Source: Carcharhinus amblyrhynchos
Lineage: Eukaryota
Assembly (NCBI GenBank): GCA_965287045.1
Contig: OZ336886.1
Span: 2,976,001 to 3,040,000 of the forward strand
Reading direction: 5' to 3'
DNA: 64,000 nucleotides
In this document: positions 34,560 through 48,389 of the stretch, in pieces
Numbering within the stretch: the first letter of the stretch is position 1
How the letters are laid out: each line of letters begins with the position of its first letter
Program-made: the position numbers and the translations under genes
Notes under the pieces: model-generated
The model's input: the letters and a program-made list of their open reading frames with translations, nothing else
Told to the model about the DNA's origin: nothing
Database searches by the model: none

Positions 34560-36830
34560 AGACAGGAGCAGGAATGACCACATGACATGTCGAGCTTGCT
34601 CTGCCAATCAACCACTCATGGCTTCAACTTCATTTTCCTGCCCTCTCTCCACATCCCTGATTCCCTGAAACACCAAAAACTTGCCTATCCCAACCTTAAA
34701 TCAATTCAACAACGGAGCATCGACAACCCTCTGGGATAAAGAATTCCAAAGACTCACAAACCTCTGAGTGAGCGAATTTCTCCTCACCGCAATCCTAAAT
34801 TATCTACCTCTTTTAACAGGCATGTTCTAGATTCCCCAGCCAGGGCAACCAACCTCTCAGTGTCAACCCTGTCAAGCCCCTTCAGAATTCTGCATGCTTC
34901 AGTGAGGTGACCTCTCATTCCCCTAAATGATAGAGAATATCAGCCCTATTTACTCAGCCTCTCAAAGATCAACCCTCTCCTCCCAGGAACCAACCTAGTG
35001 AACCTTCGTTATACAACCTCCAATGCAAGTATATCCTTCCTTCAATTTGGAGATGTGACTTCACCAAAACCTTGTGTAATTTTAACAAGATTTTTTTACT
35101 TGTGTACATCAATCCTCTTGCATTAAAGGCCAACAGTCCATTTGTCTCCCTAACTGCTTGCTGCACCAGCATGTTAACTTTCCGTGTTCCTTGTACCAGC
35201 ACATTCAAGTTTCACGCCTTTTAAAAAATATCCTGCTTTTCCATTCTTAAGAGCAAAATGAATAATCTCGCCACATTATATGCCATCTGTCTTCTTGTTG
35301 TCCACTCACTTAACCTGTCTATAATTCTTTGCATCTTCTCTATGTCCTCCTCACAACTATCCTTTCCACCTAGTTTTGTCCCAACATTGATTCTTGTGGT
35401 ATTCCACTACCAACTTGAGAATGCCCCATTTATGCCTATTCTTTGCTTATTGTGTTTTAAACAATCCTCTATCCAAGCAGGTGGCCTTCTGCTGGTTTCT
35501 AAAACAATCTCAATCCTCAGGCTTGCTACTATTCTTTGCAAAATTGTAAGCCTCTTCTTTTAATCTAATGCGATCCTTAACTTCCCGAGTAAGCCACTGA
35601 TGGATCTTTCTTGCTGGGCTCTGGTTTTTAATGGAATGTATTTTTGTTGAATAGTTTAAATTGTTTCCCACTGTTCATTTATCACCATACTATTTAGTCT
35701 ATTTACTCAATCAATTTCATCTGTTCTCCCCATCTAGTTAGCTTTGTTTAAGATTCTTCTCTGTGATTGGAATATGTGATGTTCAATCTTAACATGGAAT
35801 TTAACCCAATTATGATCATTACTTCCCAGCAGATCTTTCACTCTGAGGTTACTAATTAACCCTAAAGGATCTAAAATAGCTTTATTCCCTGTCGGTTCCA
35901 CAAGGAGTGGAATCTTCTGGCCCTTGCTGCCAGTGGGACCTTTTGGTCCTGCTGAAAACAAGGTGGGTTCCCTGGGCAAGCCATGCAAAATGCCAAAGAC
36001 ATCGTAAGTGCTATATACTTAAATAGTTGTATGATTGCTTTAAGAACTGATCACAGGATTTGGTGGTGATGTCATTAGGGATTTTCACAGGCTGATGTTT
36101 ACTTCCAGCTCGTACTCTGTGAAGAGAACATCTCAATTAACCTGCTATGAGTTAGTTTGAATCTACGTGTGCAAACCACCTCTTTTTCTTTTTGTTTAAA
36201 ACCCACTACCCCTAACATAGTTAGGACAGTACAGTGGGACTGGAAGATCCTGCTAGTGTACAATGGCAAGCCACCTTCACATCCAAAAACACACTGCCTT
36301 TGGGTTAGAAAATTCCATCCAAAGTATTGCTCCAGGAAATGGTCACAAAAACATTCTACAAATTAATTTTCATTTGATTGGTCCAGTCTATATGGCGAGG
36401 TTTCCATAATTATTATATTGTCTCTGTTATGAACTTCAATAATTTCCCTTTTAATATTTTAAACAACAGTATAAGTATTGTTCAGGGTTTATAAACACCT
36501 CCACCAGTGTTTTCTGCTATTCCTTAATCTCTATCTATACTCATTCTACTTCATGATCTTCTGAGCCAAGATCCTTTCTCACTAATGTCCTCTTGTCAAT
36601 CTTTACTACCTCTCATCTTCTGCCATTCTGTTTGTCTTTTCAAAATATTGTACCCTGGATTATATATTTCCTAACTTTAGTCACCATGTAAGCAGTCTCT
36701 GCAATGACAATTAGATTAAAACCATTTATCTCCATTTGTACTACTGGTTCATCTATTTTATTGCAAATGTTTCACACATTCAGATAAAGAACCTTTAATT
36801 TCATTTGTTACTACTACTCCCAGAATGGCC
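34560..36830 (-). mobile_element. Fragmented CR1 LINE
   Basis: CR1 tail at about 34560, ANGLLAF-like segment, LGSNDHNWVKF endonuclease C-terminus; interrupted at about 35900-36330. Confidence 0.65.
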
Positions 36831-37526
36831 TCTCTCCTTATTGAGTGTATTTATCCATCTCTCCTTATTGAGTGTATATTTACAATCTTGCTGTCCTTTG
36901 GCATGGGGAGGTGGTGGTTTAGTGGTTTTGTCACTGGATTAGCAATCTAGTGACTCTGGGGAATATTCCAGAGGCATGAAATCATTGCTAATTGTCGTTA
37001 AAAACCCATCTGGTTCATTAATGCCCTTTAGGGAAGGAAATCTGCCGTCCTTACTTGATCTGGCCTACATGAGCTGCAGCAATGTGGTTAACTCTTAACT
37101 GTCCCTCAGTTCAAGGGCAATAGGGATAGGCAACAACTGAAAGAATAAAGTAAAAAACAATCCCATAAACTAGTCTAAGAATAAAGGAAAGATTGTGGTC
37201 AGAGTCTTTAATATCTACACCCTTACTTCCCTCAATAATCTAGGATACTGCCAACTTTTTAAGTATTTTTATCCCATCCAATTTCTATACTACCTCATCC
37301 TTACATATTAAAAAAGGCCTTAAAGTCAGATGTTATATATGTTTTATTGTAGTTGATTCCATTTTGATTCTACTTATAATTAGCTGTTCCAAGCCAAATG
37401 TGTCTATATCAAATGTGCAGAATTACTTGCGGCTGAATAAAAACTAACCAACCAAACTTTCCAGGTTTGTTACCTAGAAGACATTACCAATTGGACTTAT
37501 AAACCTGCAACAACATAACCACAACC

Positions 37527-38005
37527 ATAGAATCCCCAGTGCAGAAGTAGGCCCATTGAGTCTGCAGCAACTCACCAGAAGAGCGTCTTACCCAGGCCCA
37601 TACCCCCTACCCTCTCTCCATAACCCAGTGCATTTACAATGACCAATCCACCTAAACTACACATATTTGGACAACTAAGGGGCATCTTAGCATGGCCAAT
37701 CCACCTACCTGCATATCTTTGGAGACTAAGGGGCAATTTAACACGGCCAATCCACCTACCTGCATATCTTTGGAGACTAAGGGGCATCTTAGCATGGCCA
37801 ATCCACCTACCTGCACATCTTTGGACACTAAGGGGCATTTTAGCATGGCCAATCCACCCTAACCTGCATCTCTTTGGAATGTGGGAGGAAACCGGAGCAC
37901 CCAGAGGAAATCTACGCAGACATGGGAAGAATGTGCAAACTCCACACAGTCATCCAAGAATGGAATTGAACCTGGGTCCCTGACGCTGTGAGGCAGCTGT
38001 GCTAA
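37527..38005 (-). mobile_element. HE1-type SINE with internal 51-bp tandem expansion
   Basis: GGCCAAT recurs at 37694, 37745, 37796 and 37847. Confidence 0.88.
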
Positions 38006-38129
38006 CTCTTAAATTCTTTGTAAATTTATCCCTGTAGAGCCTTCCAATGAATATAACCTGATTCCGGGATGGACAATTACTGTTGATTTACAGTGTTAAT
38101 TAGTCACCACTATAATAAACAATACTTAC

Positions 38130-38271
38130 TTTTCTGTAGGATTCGAAAATCAGGAGAATCTTCTATTAATGTTTCCTCTCGGTACCATTCAATTTTGGGG
38201 AAAGGCACTCCTTTAATACGGCATTCCAACACGACCAGCTGTCCTTCTTTAGCTGTCACATCCTGGAGTGG
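38130..38271 (-). CDS. MYPN: Myopalladin internal exon, Ig2 N-terminal half (142 nt, phase 0 to 1)
   Basis: Acceptor tttgcag and donor gtaagt. Encodes PLQDVTAKEGQLVVLECRIKGVPFPKIEWYREETLIEDSPDFRILQK(K); EWYRE.TLIEDSPDF is MYPN-like rather than PALLD-like. Confidence 0.94.
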
Positions 38272-40281
38272 CTGCAAATCACACACACATTAATTTATTA
38301 GCCTGGCTAGGGACTGACATTCCTGCTTTACAAAAGAGGAAAAATGTCCCCCAGGTGCCCCTTTCGTATTTTAGTTCATAAGATATCTTTTTGAATTATT
38401 GTAACTATAAACAGCTGTTATTGCTACAACGCACTGATATATGGGAGAGACCATTACAGATAAAGAAATCCAACTTCTGTTTAAATAAACCCATGGATCA
38501 GATGAACGAAAGGATAGATGGATGATAGTAGGATAGCTGGATAATAGGTGACTGAGAAGGAGATAATTATAATAATAAATAGCTATGTCTTTGTATTTTA
38601 AGATTTTTACAGGATTGGCTTAGTTGGAATATTTGTTCAAGTTACAATTTGTTTCTGGTAGAATGTCAGTTTCATGATGCAAAGAATTAATTCGGACATT
38701 CGTTTCTGACCGGATCGGCAGAGGTCAAAGCTGCTGAAACAAAAGTGTGGTTCGAAATTTAGCCATTGAACTCCCAAAGGGCCAATAGAATTGTTACATC
38801 AAACCAATCCCAAACACTGGGAAGGTTGTTAGCACATTTCAGCATTTACAAACGATTTTTTTACATGTGTAAGGTTGGATTGGTTTCATTCAGTGAATTC
38901 AGAAGGTGCCTTAACTGAAAATGCAAAGTAGATATCAACAAGGATGCAGGTCCCTCATTCAAAGCAGTGGTTTTATGTGACAATGCAATGGACCAGTCCA
39001 TGGGGAAAGCGAGAGATTAACTTTTCCTTCTTTTTCGAGTTGAGAATGGCAGGAAAAGGAGAAAAAAAAATAGGAAAGTAAACCAGTTAGGAATATAAAA
39101 ACAGATTGAACGAGTTTCTGTAAGTTTATAAAAAAAGAAGACAGTAACTAAAGTAAACATTGTTCCCTTAGAAGCAGAGTCAGGCGAAATTAGCACAGGG
39201 AATGAGGAAGCTAATATCATCAGAGCCAATATGCAGCAGGTCTCACTTAAAGCTGTGTTCTGGATATCACAACTTCACGTGAACCATGGGTTCCTATTTG
39301 GAATTAGTATTAAAATCGGAGTTAGATTCCTTTGGACACTTCTCAGCCTAACAAGGCTTTGTACAAGTTAAAATACTATATTGAATATGTGAAGTATACT
39401 TGCAAAATAAAGTATATCACTAAATATAAAAGAAATACTGTAAAATGCAGTGTCTAATTTTTTAAAAATTGCACTCATCATACTTTTAGCTTGATCAGGC
39501 TCCACCTAGTGGCAAAAGTTGATTGGAGCAGTCAGCTGCCCTACACTGACCACATTCTGTCACAAGATAGAGCCCAGCATGGGCGAAACAAACAACAAGG
39601 ATAGGAGCGGAGTCAGCAGCAAGGGAAGAACAGACCCGGGACGTCGGGTAAGAACAGAAGGTGGGAGGCAAGGCCCAGAAGCAATACCGGAAGACAAGTG
39701 TGGAAGCAGGGAACAGGAGTGCTGGGGCAGGAGCAGAGCAGTGGGGGAAAAGTTTTTGAACAGGCAGGCTGCAGAAGAGAAAGCTTATGACAAACAATAT
39801 TAAAATGAAACTGATAATGTTAAATGGAAACACTGACAACTATCTTAATAAGGGCGTTAAAGTGAAACAATAATTAAGTGAGACAACGTGAAGAGAGAAC
39901 TGACTATTGGAGAGGCTTAATGAACTAAAATGTGACCAATCCCCAGGACCTGCTGTTTTACACCCTAGGGTTCTGAAGGACATCGCTGCAGGGATAGTGG
40001 ATGTGTTGGCTACTACTTTATAAAATCCCTTAGACTGAGGAACGGTCCAATTAGATTGGAAGTTTGCAAGTGTTACACTGCTACTCAAGAAAAAAGGGAA
40101 AGAGAAAATGGCTACTTAGCCGAACATCCGGTGTTGGAAAAATGTTGGAATCTATTATTAAGGAAGTAATATCAATGCACCTACAAAAATGAGGTGTAAT
40201 TAGAAAAAAATCAATATACTTTTACAAAACAGAAATCCTGTTTCACAAATTTCTTAGAGTTTTTTGAAAATATTATGAGTG

Positions 40282-40580
40282 AAGTTTAAGTTTATTTATT
40301 AGTGTCACAAGTAGGCTTACATTAACGCTACAATGAAGTTACTGTGAAAAACCCCTAGTGGCCACACTCCGGCGCCTGTTCAGGGTACACTGAGGGAGAA
40401 TTTAGCACTGCCACTTCACCTAATCAGCATGTCTTTCGGACTGTGGGAGGAAACCGGAGAGCTCGGAGGAAACCCACGCAGATACGGGGAGAATGTGCAG
40501 ACTCCGCACAGTCACCCAAGGCTGGAACTGAACCTGGGTCCCTGGTGCTGTGAGGCAGCAGCACTAACCACTGTGCCACC
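40282..40580 (-). mobile_element. SINE with HE1-like head and core but a different 3' tail
   Basis: Same tRNA-like head; ends ...cctacttgtgacactaataaataaactt instead of TTCTATGA. Confidence 0.8.
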
Positions 40581-41064
40581 CTAAAGGGTAGATAAAGGGG
40601 AACCAGATACCCGGATTTCCAAAAGACATATGATAAGATGCTACAGAAAGGTTAATGGTCAAGATAAGCACCTTAGGAATTGGCAGTAATATTTTAGCAT
40701 GGATTAAGATTGGTTAACAGAAAGCTGGGAATAGCTATAAAGGGGGGATTTTTCAAGTTAGCAGGCAGGGACTAGTGCTGTGCCATAACGGGCATCAGTG
40801 GTACAGCGGAGGTTCACTAGATTGGTCCCTGGGATGAGGGGTTTGTCCTATAATGAGAGGCTGAGTACATCGGGCTTATAATTCTCTGGAGTTAGAAAAA
40901 TGAGAGGTGATTTCATTGAAACCTGCAAAATTCTAAAGGGGTTTGAGAGGGGGCACGCTGAGAGGTTGTTTCCACTGATTGGGGAATCTAACACAGGGAC
41001 GCAGCCTCAGGATAAGGGCTGATCATTTTGGACTGAAATGAGGAGAAATTTCTTCACCCAGAGC

Positions 41065-42302
41065 TCTGACATCCATCATTATGAAATGCTTCGAAAGGCT
41101 GGTCATGTCACAAAACAATTCCTGCCTCCCGGACTGCCTGGATCCACTATAGTTCGCCTACCACCGCAACAGGTTCACAGCAGACGCCATCTCCCTGGCC
41201 CTGCAGTCAGCCCTGGAACATCTAGATAACAAAGACCCTGATGTCAGATTCCTACTTATTGACTACAGCTCAGCCTTCAACACCATTATTCCGACAAAAT
41301 TCATCTCCAAACTCCATTGCCCGGCTTCATCTCCTCCCTCTGCAACTAGATCCTGACCTCCCTAACCCACAGTCCACAATCAGTAAGGATAGGCAACAAC
41401 ACCCCCTCCACGATCATCCTCAACACCAGCGTCCACAAGGCTGTGTTCTCAGCTCTCTACTATACTCCTTATACAACTATGACTGTGCAGCCAAATTCCC
41501 CTCCAACTCAAAAGAGTACAGGAATAAGATAGAGAATCTGCTGAACTGGTGCAGTGACAATAATCTCTCCCTCAATGTCAACAAAACGTAGGTGATTGTC
41601 ATCGACTTCAGGAATCATAAAGGAGAACATGCCCCTGTCTACATCAATGGGTATGAAGTGGAAAAGGTCAAGAGCTTCAGGTTTTTTTAAGTGTCCTGTC
41701 CTGGTCTCCCCATGCTGATACCACAGTTAAGAAAGCCCACCAACGCCTCTACTTTCTCAGAAAACTAAGAAATTTTGAGATGTCAGCTATGACTCTCAAC
41801 AACTTTTACAGATGCACCATAGAAAGCATTCTTTCTGGTTGCACCACAGCTTGGTACGGGCTCCTGCTCTGCCCAAGATCACAAGAAACTACACAGGGTC
41901 GTGAATGTAGCCCAATCCATCATGCAAACCAGCCTCCCATCCATTGACTCTGTCTACACTTCCTGCTGCCTCAGCAAAGCAGCCAGCATAATTAAGGACC
42001 CTACTCACCTTAGACATTCTCTCTTCCAACTTCTTCCATCGGGAAAAAGATACAAAAGTCTGAGGTCACATACCAATTGACTCAAGAATAGTTTCTTCCC
42101 TGCTGCCAACAGACTTTTGAATGGATCTACCTCACATTAAGTTGATCTTTCTCTACACCCTAGCTCTGACTGTAAAACTACATTCTGCACTCTCTTGTTT
42201 CCTTCTCTATGAACAGTATGCTTTGTCTGTGTAGCACGCAAGAAACAATACTTTTCACTGTGTACTAATATATGTGACAATAATAAATCAAATTAAATCA
42301 AA
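41065..42302 (+). mobile_element. Rex1/Babar LINE, 5'-truncated
   Basis: [49 protein letters not shown]; tail tgtgacaataataaatcaaattaaatc. Confidence 0.85.
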
Positions 42303-44051
42303 TGCCAGAGGATTATGGATGCTCCATCAGTGAATATATTTAATGCTAGGTTAGATAGATTTTCAGTCTCTCTGGGAATTAAGGGATTATGGGAAGTTGG
42401 TGGGAAAATGGAATCAAAGCCCAAGATTAGCCATGATCATATTCAGTGGTGGAGCAGGCTCGATGGGCCGAATGGTCTACTCCTGCTCTTATTTCTTGCA
42501 TTAAATGACTAACCCAGACTGTGAGTGGATTGGCTTCCTATCGTATGCCCATTAAACCATTAAGTGGGAGAATTGGAGTTGAATTAGGGTTGGATCTGAG
42601 ATTTTAAAAGCCTTCATATTCATCCATATTGTGGAGAGAGGGGGCTGGGTTTAAAATGATTTCCCAGCCTCCAGCCCCTGTGTTTCATGCATCTCTGTTC
42701 AAAATCCCTGTTCTTTGGTTCCTTTCCCTGTGTTTCTAGTCAGGGGTGATGGGTTACCTTGCTGTTTAGAAATCAGTTCAACAGAAAGTATGTTAATAGC
42801 ATCAGTGACCTTTGGGTGTAAATGCTAGAGACCTTCTCAAAATGAATAGATCTCATCCTGGTCAATAAATAATTTTTAAAGAGATAAATGGTTCTCCTTG
42901 GATCTGTTTTGCACGTACTGAGTTGTGATGAAGCATAAAACTAGCCCATGTGGATTTAATATTCCTTTGGTTTGTGGGACTTTATGTTAATCTGTGTGAA
43001 TTTGGGGTTTTAAAACAACATAACTCAATTTCAAAATCTTTTTTGCAAAGATGGTTTTTTCTGAAAAATAATAAACCTGACAGCTGTTGGATTTGTGAAA
43101 GCAAAATCCAAATATTTTCTTAATGGTGAGAGATTGGAAGCTGTGGATGAGCAAAATTATTTTAGGTAAAAGTAATCAAAATGCTAATGGAAGCTTGGTT
43201 TCTATCTGTCACTAACAACAAACAATTGTGGTGGAAGAATCAATCCAGACTGGTCTTTATGTTCAAGCTGGTTTATTGTAAGACACTTCCTCACTGCTAC
43301 TAACCTACAAGAAGCTCTCTGCCCAAAGTGTTGTGTCTACTTATAGGACAGTCAATGTGATATATTTCACTAGCAGTTCCCTTAACGTGGTAATTAGCAC
43401 ACACACTGATTAATAGTATATTGACTATCTTGAAGGGACCAAAAGACAGGAGTGAGGAGCCTCAGTCAGACAGTCTTGGTCAAATATACCTCCACCTGGA
43501 GGACTGTACTCAGTTCTCTAAAACAGTACCTCAGTAAAAATATATTCAGCTTGGAGGGAATACAGAAGAGATCCACCAAAACAATATAGAACTTAAAGGA
43601 TAAAATTACAAAACAGGTTACATAAATGTTGATTGTTTTCTCTTGAGTTTAGAAGATTGAGGAGAGATCTGATTTAGGTATTTAAACTGACTAAGAGATT
43701 CACTAGGGTAGATACAGAGAAGTTATTTCCTCTGGTGAGATCATCCAAAGCAATGAATTACTTAAAATTAGAACTTGCTTACTTAGGAGAGAAATCAACA
43801 AGCAATATTTGATATAAAATGTAGTAAAAATTTGATTTTTGTTTGATAAAGGACGAAGAATTATGGAGCAAAGATGAGTAAATGAGGTGGAGAGTAGCCA
43901 TTTAATTGGATGAGGGCTTTCTCATGATCATATGTCGCATTTTGGCAATGATATTAAATAGATTGTAATTGTTTGAAAATTGTATTCAGATATCACACAC
44001 AAAATAAACCACCATGTCTGTTTATCATTAATTTCACCACATTGCTGACTA

Positions 44052-44346
44052 ATAGAATCATACAGTGCAGAAGGAGGCCATTCAGTCCATCGAGTACACA
44101 GCAACCACAATCCCATCCAGGCCCTATCCCCATAACCCCGCACATTTACCCTAGCTAGTCTCCCTGACACCAAGGGCAATTTAACATGGGCAATCCACCT
44201 AACCAGTAGATCTTTCAGACTGTGGGAGGAAACCGGAGCACCTGGAGGAAACCCACACAGACATGGGGAGAATGTGCAAACTCCACACAGTGACCCAAGC
44301 TGGTTCCCTGATGCTGTGAGGCAGCAGCGCTAACCACTGTGCCACC
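44052..44346 (-). mobile_element. HE1-type SINE
   Basis: Head, core and tail present. Confidence 0.88.
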
Positions 44347-44559
44347 AGTTAGGATAAATTAATGAGGTGGATGTAAAAATCACAGCACATAAAATTAGGC
44401 TTTCTTTCAATTTCCAAACCTGTCAGGGGATCAACAGCCACAATCTGGCTGGTCAAGGGAAAGGTCGTCTCATTCAAGGAGCTGAAGGTGATTAGAAGGT
44501 GATTAATTGGATAACAGCCAGAATAAAAAAAATCCTCACTTTGATTTTTGCATGTTGAA

Positions 44560-44740
44560 GAGAAAGACAGTCCAGGCACAAGAAAAAGACAAGAGGCAAG
44601 GGAGATAGCTAGAGAAAGAGGGAGAAGGTGAGAAAGAAGGAGGAGGACGAAAGAGGGAAGAGGAAAGAAAGCGGGACGAGGAAAGAGAGGGAGGAGGAGA
44701 GAAAGAGGGAAGAAAAGCTCAAAGGGCAAAAGTCTAAAAG
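44560..44740 (+). repeat. Purine-rich (GA) low-complexity tract
   Basis: About 180 bp dominated by G and A on the plus strand. Confidence 0.8.
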
Positions 44741-45494
44741 GTTTAGAAAAAATGTTTTGTGTGTCCTATCGTCTGGATCTTGACATGAGAGTAAATTCCG
44801 CATTAAACTGTAAATCACTACTGAAGTTTGTTGATGCAACTTATCTGAAAACTTAATAAACATGGCCTGACTTTCTCTCAAGGCCAATTCACAACAAAGC
44901 TTTGTCGCTAAGTCTGTTTCTGCCTTAAGGGTGTAAAGACACAAAAAATCTTACTGAAGCTTTTCATTTGCTGCAACTTATTGCAATGGCAAGCAAAAAA
45001 ACTGGGATAAAAGTTCTTAACATGAAAAAAGAGTGACCTCCATAGAAAAAACAAATAGAGAAAAATACACTAATAGCAATAATAGTTTTTAATTAAAATG
45101 CACAAATTTATCATTGCTTTTTCCAATAAAAGCTTAGCTTCAAGTATCTCATTTTGGCCGGACTGACCCAAGGATTTGCATAGGGAGGGTTTTTTAATGG
45201 TTTCACGTGATGTCAGAGTCACTGACAAAGCCAGCAATTGTTTTCCATCCCTAAATTGTCTTGAGAAGGTGGCCTTGAGCCGCTTTCTTGAACAGTCCAT
45301 CTAGTTTAGGTGCTTGAGATAAATGCTGTTAAGAAGGAAGTTGCAGGAATTTGGCCCAACAACAGCGATGCTTAGATAATGTAATTCCAAGTCAGGATGG
45401 TGTGTGGCTTGGAGAGGAATTTCAGATAAGATGTTAGCAGTGGTTAGTGCTATCAGAACATGTTAGAGCACTGCTATGCCAGTAACCACACGTA

Positions 45495-45725
45495 CTTACC
45501 ACACTAATTCCCTCAACTTACCTTTTGATACTAAGGGGCAGTTTAGCTTTCCCAATCCACCCAACCTGTATATATTTGACTGAGAGGAAACTACAGTACC
45601 CAGAAGACAGCCCATGCAGACCTGGGGAGAATGTACAAAATCCACACAGTCACCCAAGGCTGGAATCAAGCCTGAATCCTCAGCACTGTGAGGCAGCATT
45701 GTTAACCACTGTGTCACCATGCCAC
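45495..45725 (-). mobile_element. Degenerate HE1-type SINE
   Basis: cactgtgaggcagcattgttaaccactgtg head plus core. Confidence 0.7.
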
Positions 45726-46074
45726 CCTCTCTGAGGTTTTTTGTGCATGTGTCGGCTGGGAACAGACCCAGCATATGTGTGTTTTGTCTTCTATTGTTTC
45801 TTTGACTTGGGAAAGGTCTTACCCACATACTCAAAAGAAAAGGGCCCCAACCCCAGCCAAACAATGCAAATCCACAGGTAAGGTGATCTGACCAGGAGCG
45901 CCATTACAGATCAGGTGATTCAATGAGCAAGACATTGCAGAGGGAGGGAGGGGGGATTTTTTTTATATCATGTGGAAGGAATTGGATTGACTGAAGACTG
46001 ACATTTGTGATGTTGGGGGCCTCAGGAGCAGGCCAAGATGGATAATCCACTCAGCAACTTCTCGTTGAAGAATT

Positions 46075-47230
46075 TGTTAGGAAGTGTTGATGAGGGTAAT
46101 GCATTTGATGTGGTCTGTATGGATTTTAGAAAGGCTTTTGATAAGATCCCTCATGGAAGATTATCAAGAAAGTAAGGGCTCATGGGATCCAAGGCAAAGT
46201 GGCACATTGGATCCAATACTGGCTGAGAGATAGGAAGGAGATGGTGATGATAGAGGGATGTTTGTGTGACTGGAAATCTGTTTCCACACAGCTCGGTGCT
46301 GGAGCCCTTGTTATTTGTGATGTATATTCATGATTTGGACTTAAACATCGGTAGGACGGTAAAATTGATGGGATGGTAAATAGCGAGGAGGACAGCCATG
46401 GATTGCAGGATTGTATCAATGGACTGGTTAGGTGGGCAGAGCAGTAGCAAATGGAATTTAACCAGGAAAGTGTGAGGTAATGCACTTGGGGAGAGCTGAC
46501 TAGACAAAGGATTACACTATGAATGGTAGGACCCTGGAAAGTACTGACACTCAGATCAGAGCGACCTTTAGGACATATGTCCACAGATTCCTGAAGGCAG
46601 CAGGACAGATGGATAAAGTGGTTAAGGAGGCATATGGGATACTTGCCTTTATTAGCCGAGGCATCTAATAGAAAAGCAGGGAGGTCATGCTGTAACTGTA
46701 TAAATACTCGTTCAGCCTCAACTGGAGTACTGTGTGCAGTTCTGGTCACCACATTTTAAGAAGGATACGATTGCACTGCAGAGGATGCAGAGGAGATTTA
46801 CCAGGATTCTGCCTGAGCTCTGAGGAGAGATTGGATAGGCTGGGGCTGGTTTCACTGGGGCAGCGAAAGTTGAGAGGGGACCTGGTAGAGGTGGATAAGA
46901 TTATGAGGGTCATAGCTGGGTGGACATTGAGGCACATTATCCATTGGTAGAGGGGTCAAAAAGCAGGGGCAGAGATTTAAGACAAGAGGTAGAAAGGTAA
47001 GAGAGGAATTAAGGAAAAACCTTTTCACTCAGAGGATGGTGGGAGATTGGAACTCACTGCCTGAAAGGATGTTGAGTTAGAAGCTCTCATAACATTTAAT
47101 AAGTATTTATTGCATGCCATAACCTCTAGGGCAAACAATCAGCCAAACAACAGAAAGTAGGATTAGTGTAGTCAGATCTTTGTTGATCAGTGTAGACATT
47201 TTGGGCAGAGTGGCCCCTTCCTGTGCTGCA
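46075..47230 (+). mobile_element. CR1 LINE 3' fragment
   Basis: DFRKAFDKIPH, PQLEYCVQFWS and KLRGDLVEV motifs. Confidence 0.85.
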
Positions 47231-48019
47231 AATGTCAGTGAATCTATATCTATGAAAGCAGTTGCAAATGCCTCAGCCCTTGTCCTTTGCATTGGCCTCC
47301 CCATCACTGAAGAAGGGAGTATTTGTTAAGCTTCCTCCTCCAGTCAGTTGTTCAATTGTCCATCACCATTCACTGCTGTGCCAGATTGGATCTGATTTAT
47401 TCATTGTGGGATTGCACGCTGCTTCTGCAGTTTAGCGTGCATGTAACACCATAGCTTCACCAAGCTGACACTTCTTGTTGCTCCTGGCATGGTGTCCTGA
47501 AGCAGGGTTGATCCCCTGGCTTGGTGGTAATGGTAGACTGGGAGACATGCCGGGCCAAGATGTTAGGCTGTGCTTGTATACAATTCTGCTGCTGCTGATA
47601 CCCAATTTTAAGCTGCCTGATCTGTTTTGAATTTATCCATTTAGCAGTAGTGCCATGCAGAATAAGGGGGTGAGCCGGCAAAAAATATCTGCACCTGAAT
47701 TCTCTGTCCGTTCATGCCCTGGCACCTGCTGCCAGTGAGGACGGTGAATTTGGTGTTGAGCCAAATCTCCATTCACTGCAGTGGGACCAGAGAATCCTGC
47801 ATGGCATGAACAGCCATTCTTGCAATCTGATGTAGACCACTTAACAAAATTCTTGAGACTATACATAAGCTCAGGATGGCAGCAGGCCAGTGTCCCAAAA
47901 TAATTGGATGTTGCAAAAGTTGCCATTTGGTTTCCGCAGCCCGTCCCATTGGAAGCCTCTCGCGGGGCTGATAGATCAGTTTATCAATCAAACAAATCAT
48001 TTATTTCAAATTCCAATAC

Positions 48020-48091
48020 CTTTGTGAAAACCGGAGCAGCCATGAGGGGTAGACCATCCAATCCCTGCAGCAGGTTTGTGGGGCTTTGTAT
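48020..48091 (-). CDS. MYPN: Myopalladin internal exon (72 nt, phase 0 to 0)
   Basis: Acceptor ttccaccag and donor gtattg. Encodes IQSPTNLLQGLDGLPLMAAPVFTK, matching the MYPN QSPTN.LQGLDG.P..AAPVFTK motif that leads into Ig2. Confidence 0.92.
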
Positions 48092-48389
48092 CTGGTGGAA
48101 TAATAAACAGTTTTACCCAATTTCAGACAAAAAGCTTTGGAAGAGGTCAGAACAAAAATAAGGTACATCCTGGAGAAGCACGGCAGATAAAACTGCACCT
48201 GAGGACAGAACAGGTAGGTTATCGTTTCAGGTGTAAGGGCAAACTGACCAATCCCATGGCCCCCAACTCTCAAGGGGTGTCTGTGAAAAAGGTGTAAGGT
48301 TACAGTCCCATTCCTCTGATTCACAGCTCTGCTGAATGTGACTCCCTCGAAGGTGTTGGCTCAATTGGTGGACCCTCTGGAATTAGAGC

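Larger units (their letters stand above)
39870..42500 (+). mobile_element. CR1 LINE remnant interrupted by a SINE and a Rex1 element
   Basis: CR1 pieces at about 39870-40280, 40585-41060 and 42303-42500 are colinear. Confidence 0.7.

Noticed and set aside
37572-37983. ORFs with 17-aa repeats as a repeat protein
   Set aside because: Translation artefact of the 51-bp SINE minisatellite.
44349-44729. Hydrophobic 126-aa ORF as a membrane protein
   Set aside because: Antisense translation of a GA-rich low-complexity tract.
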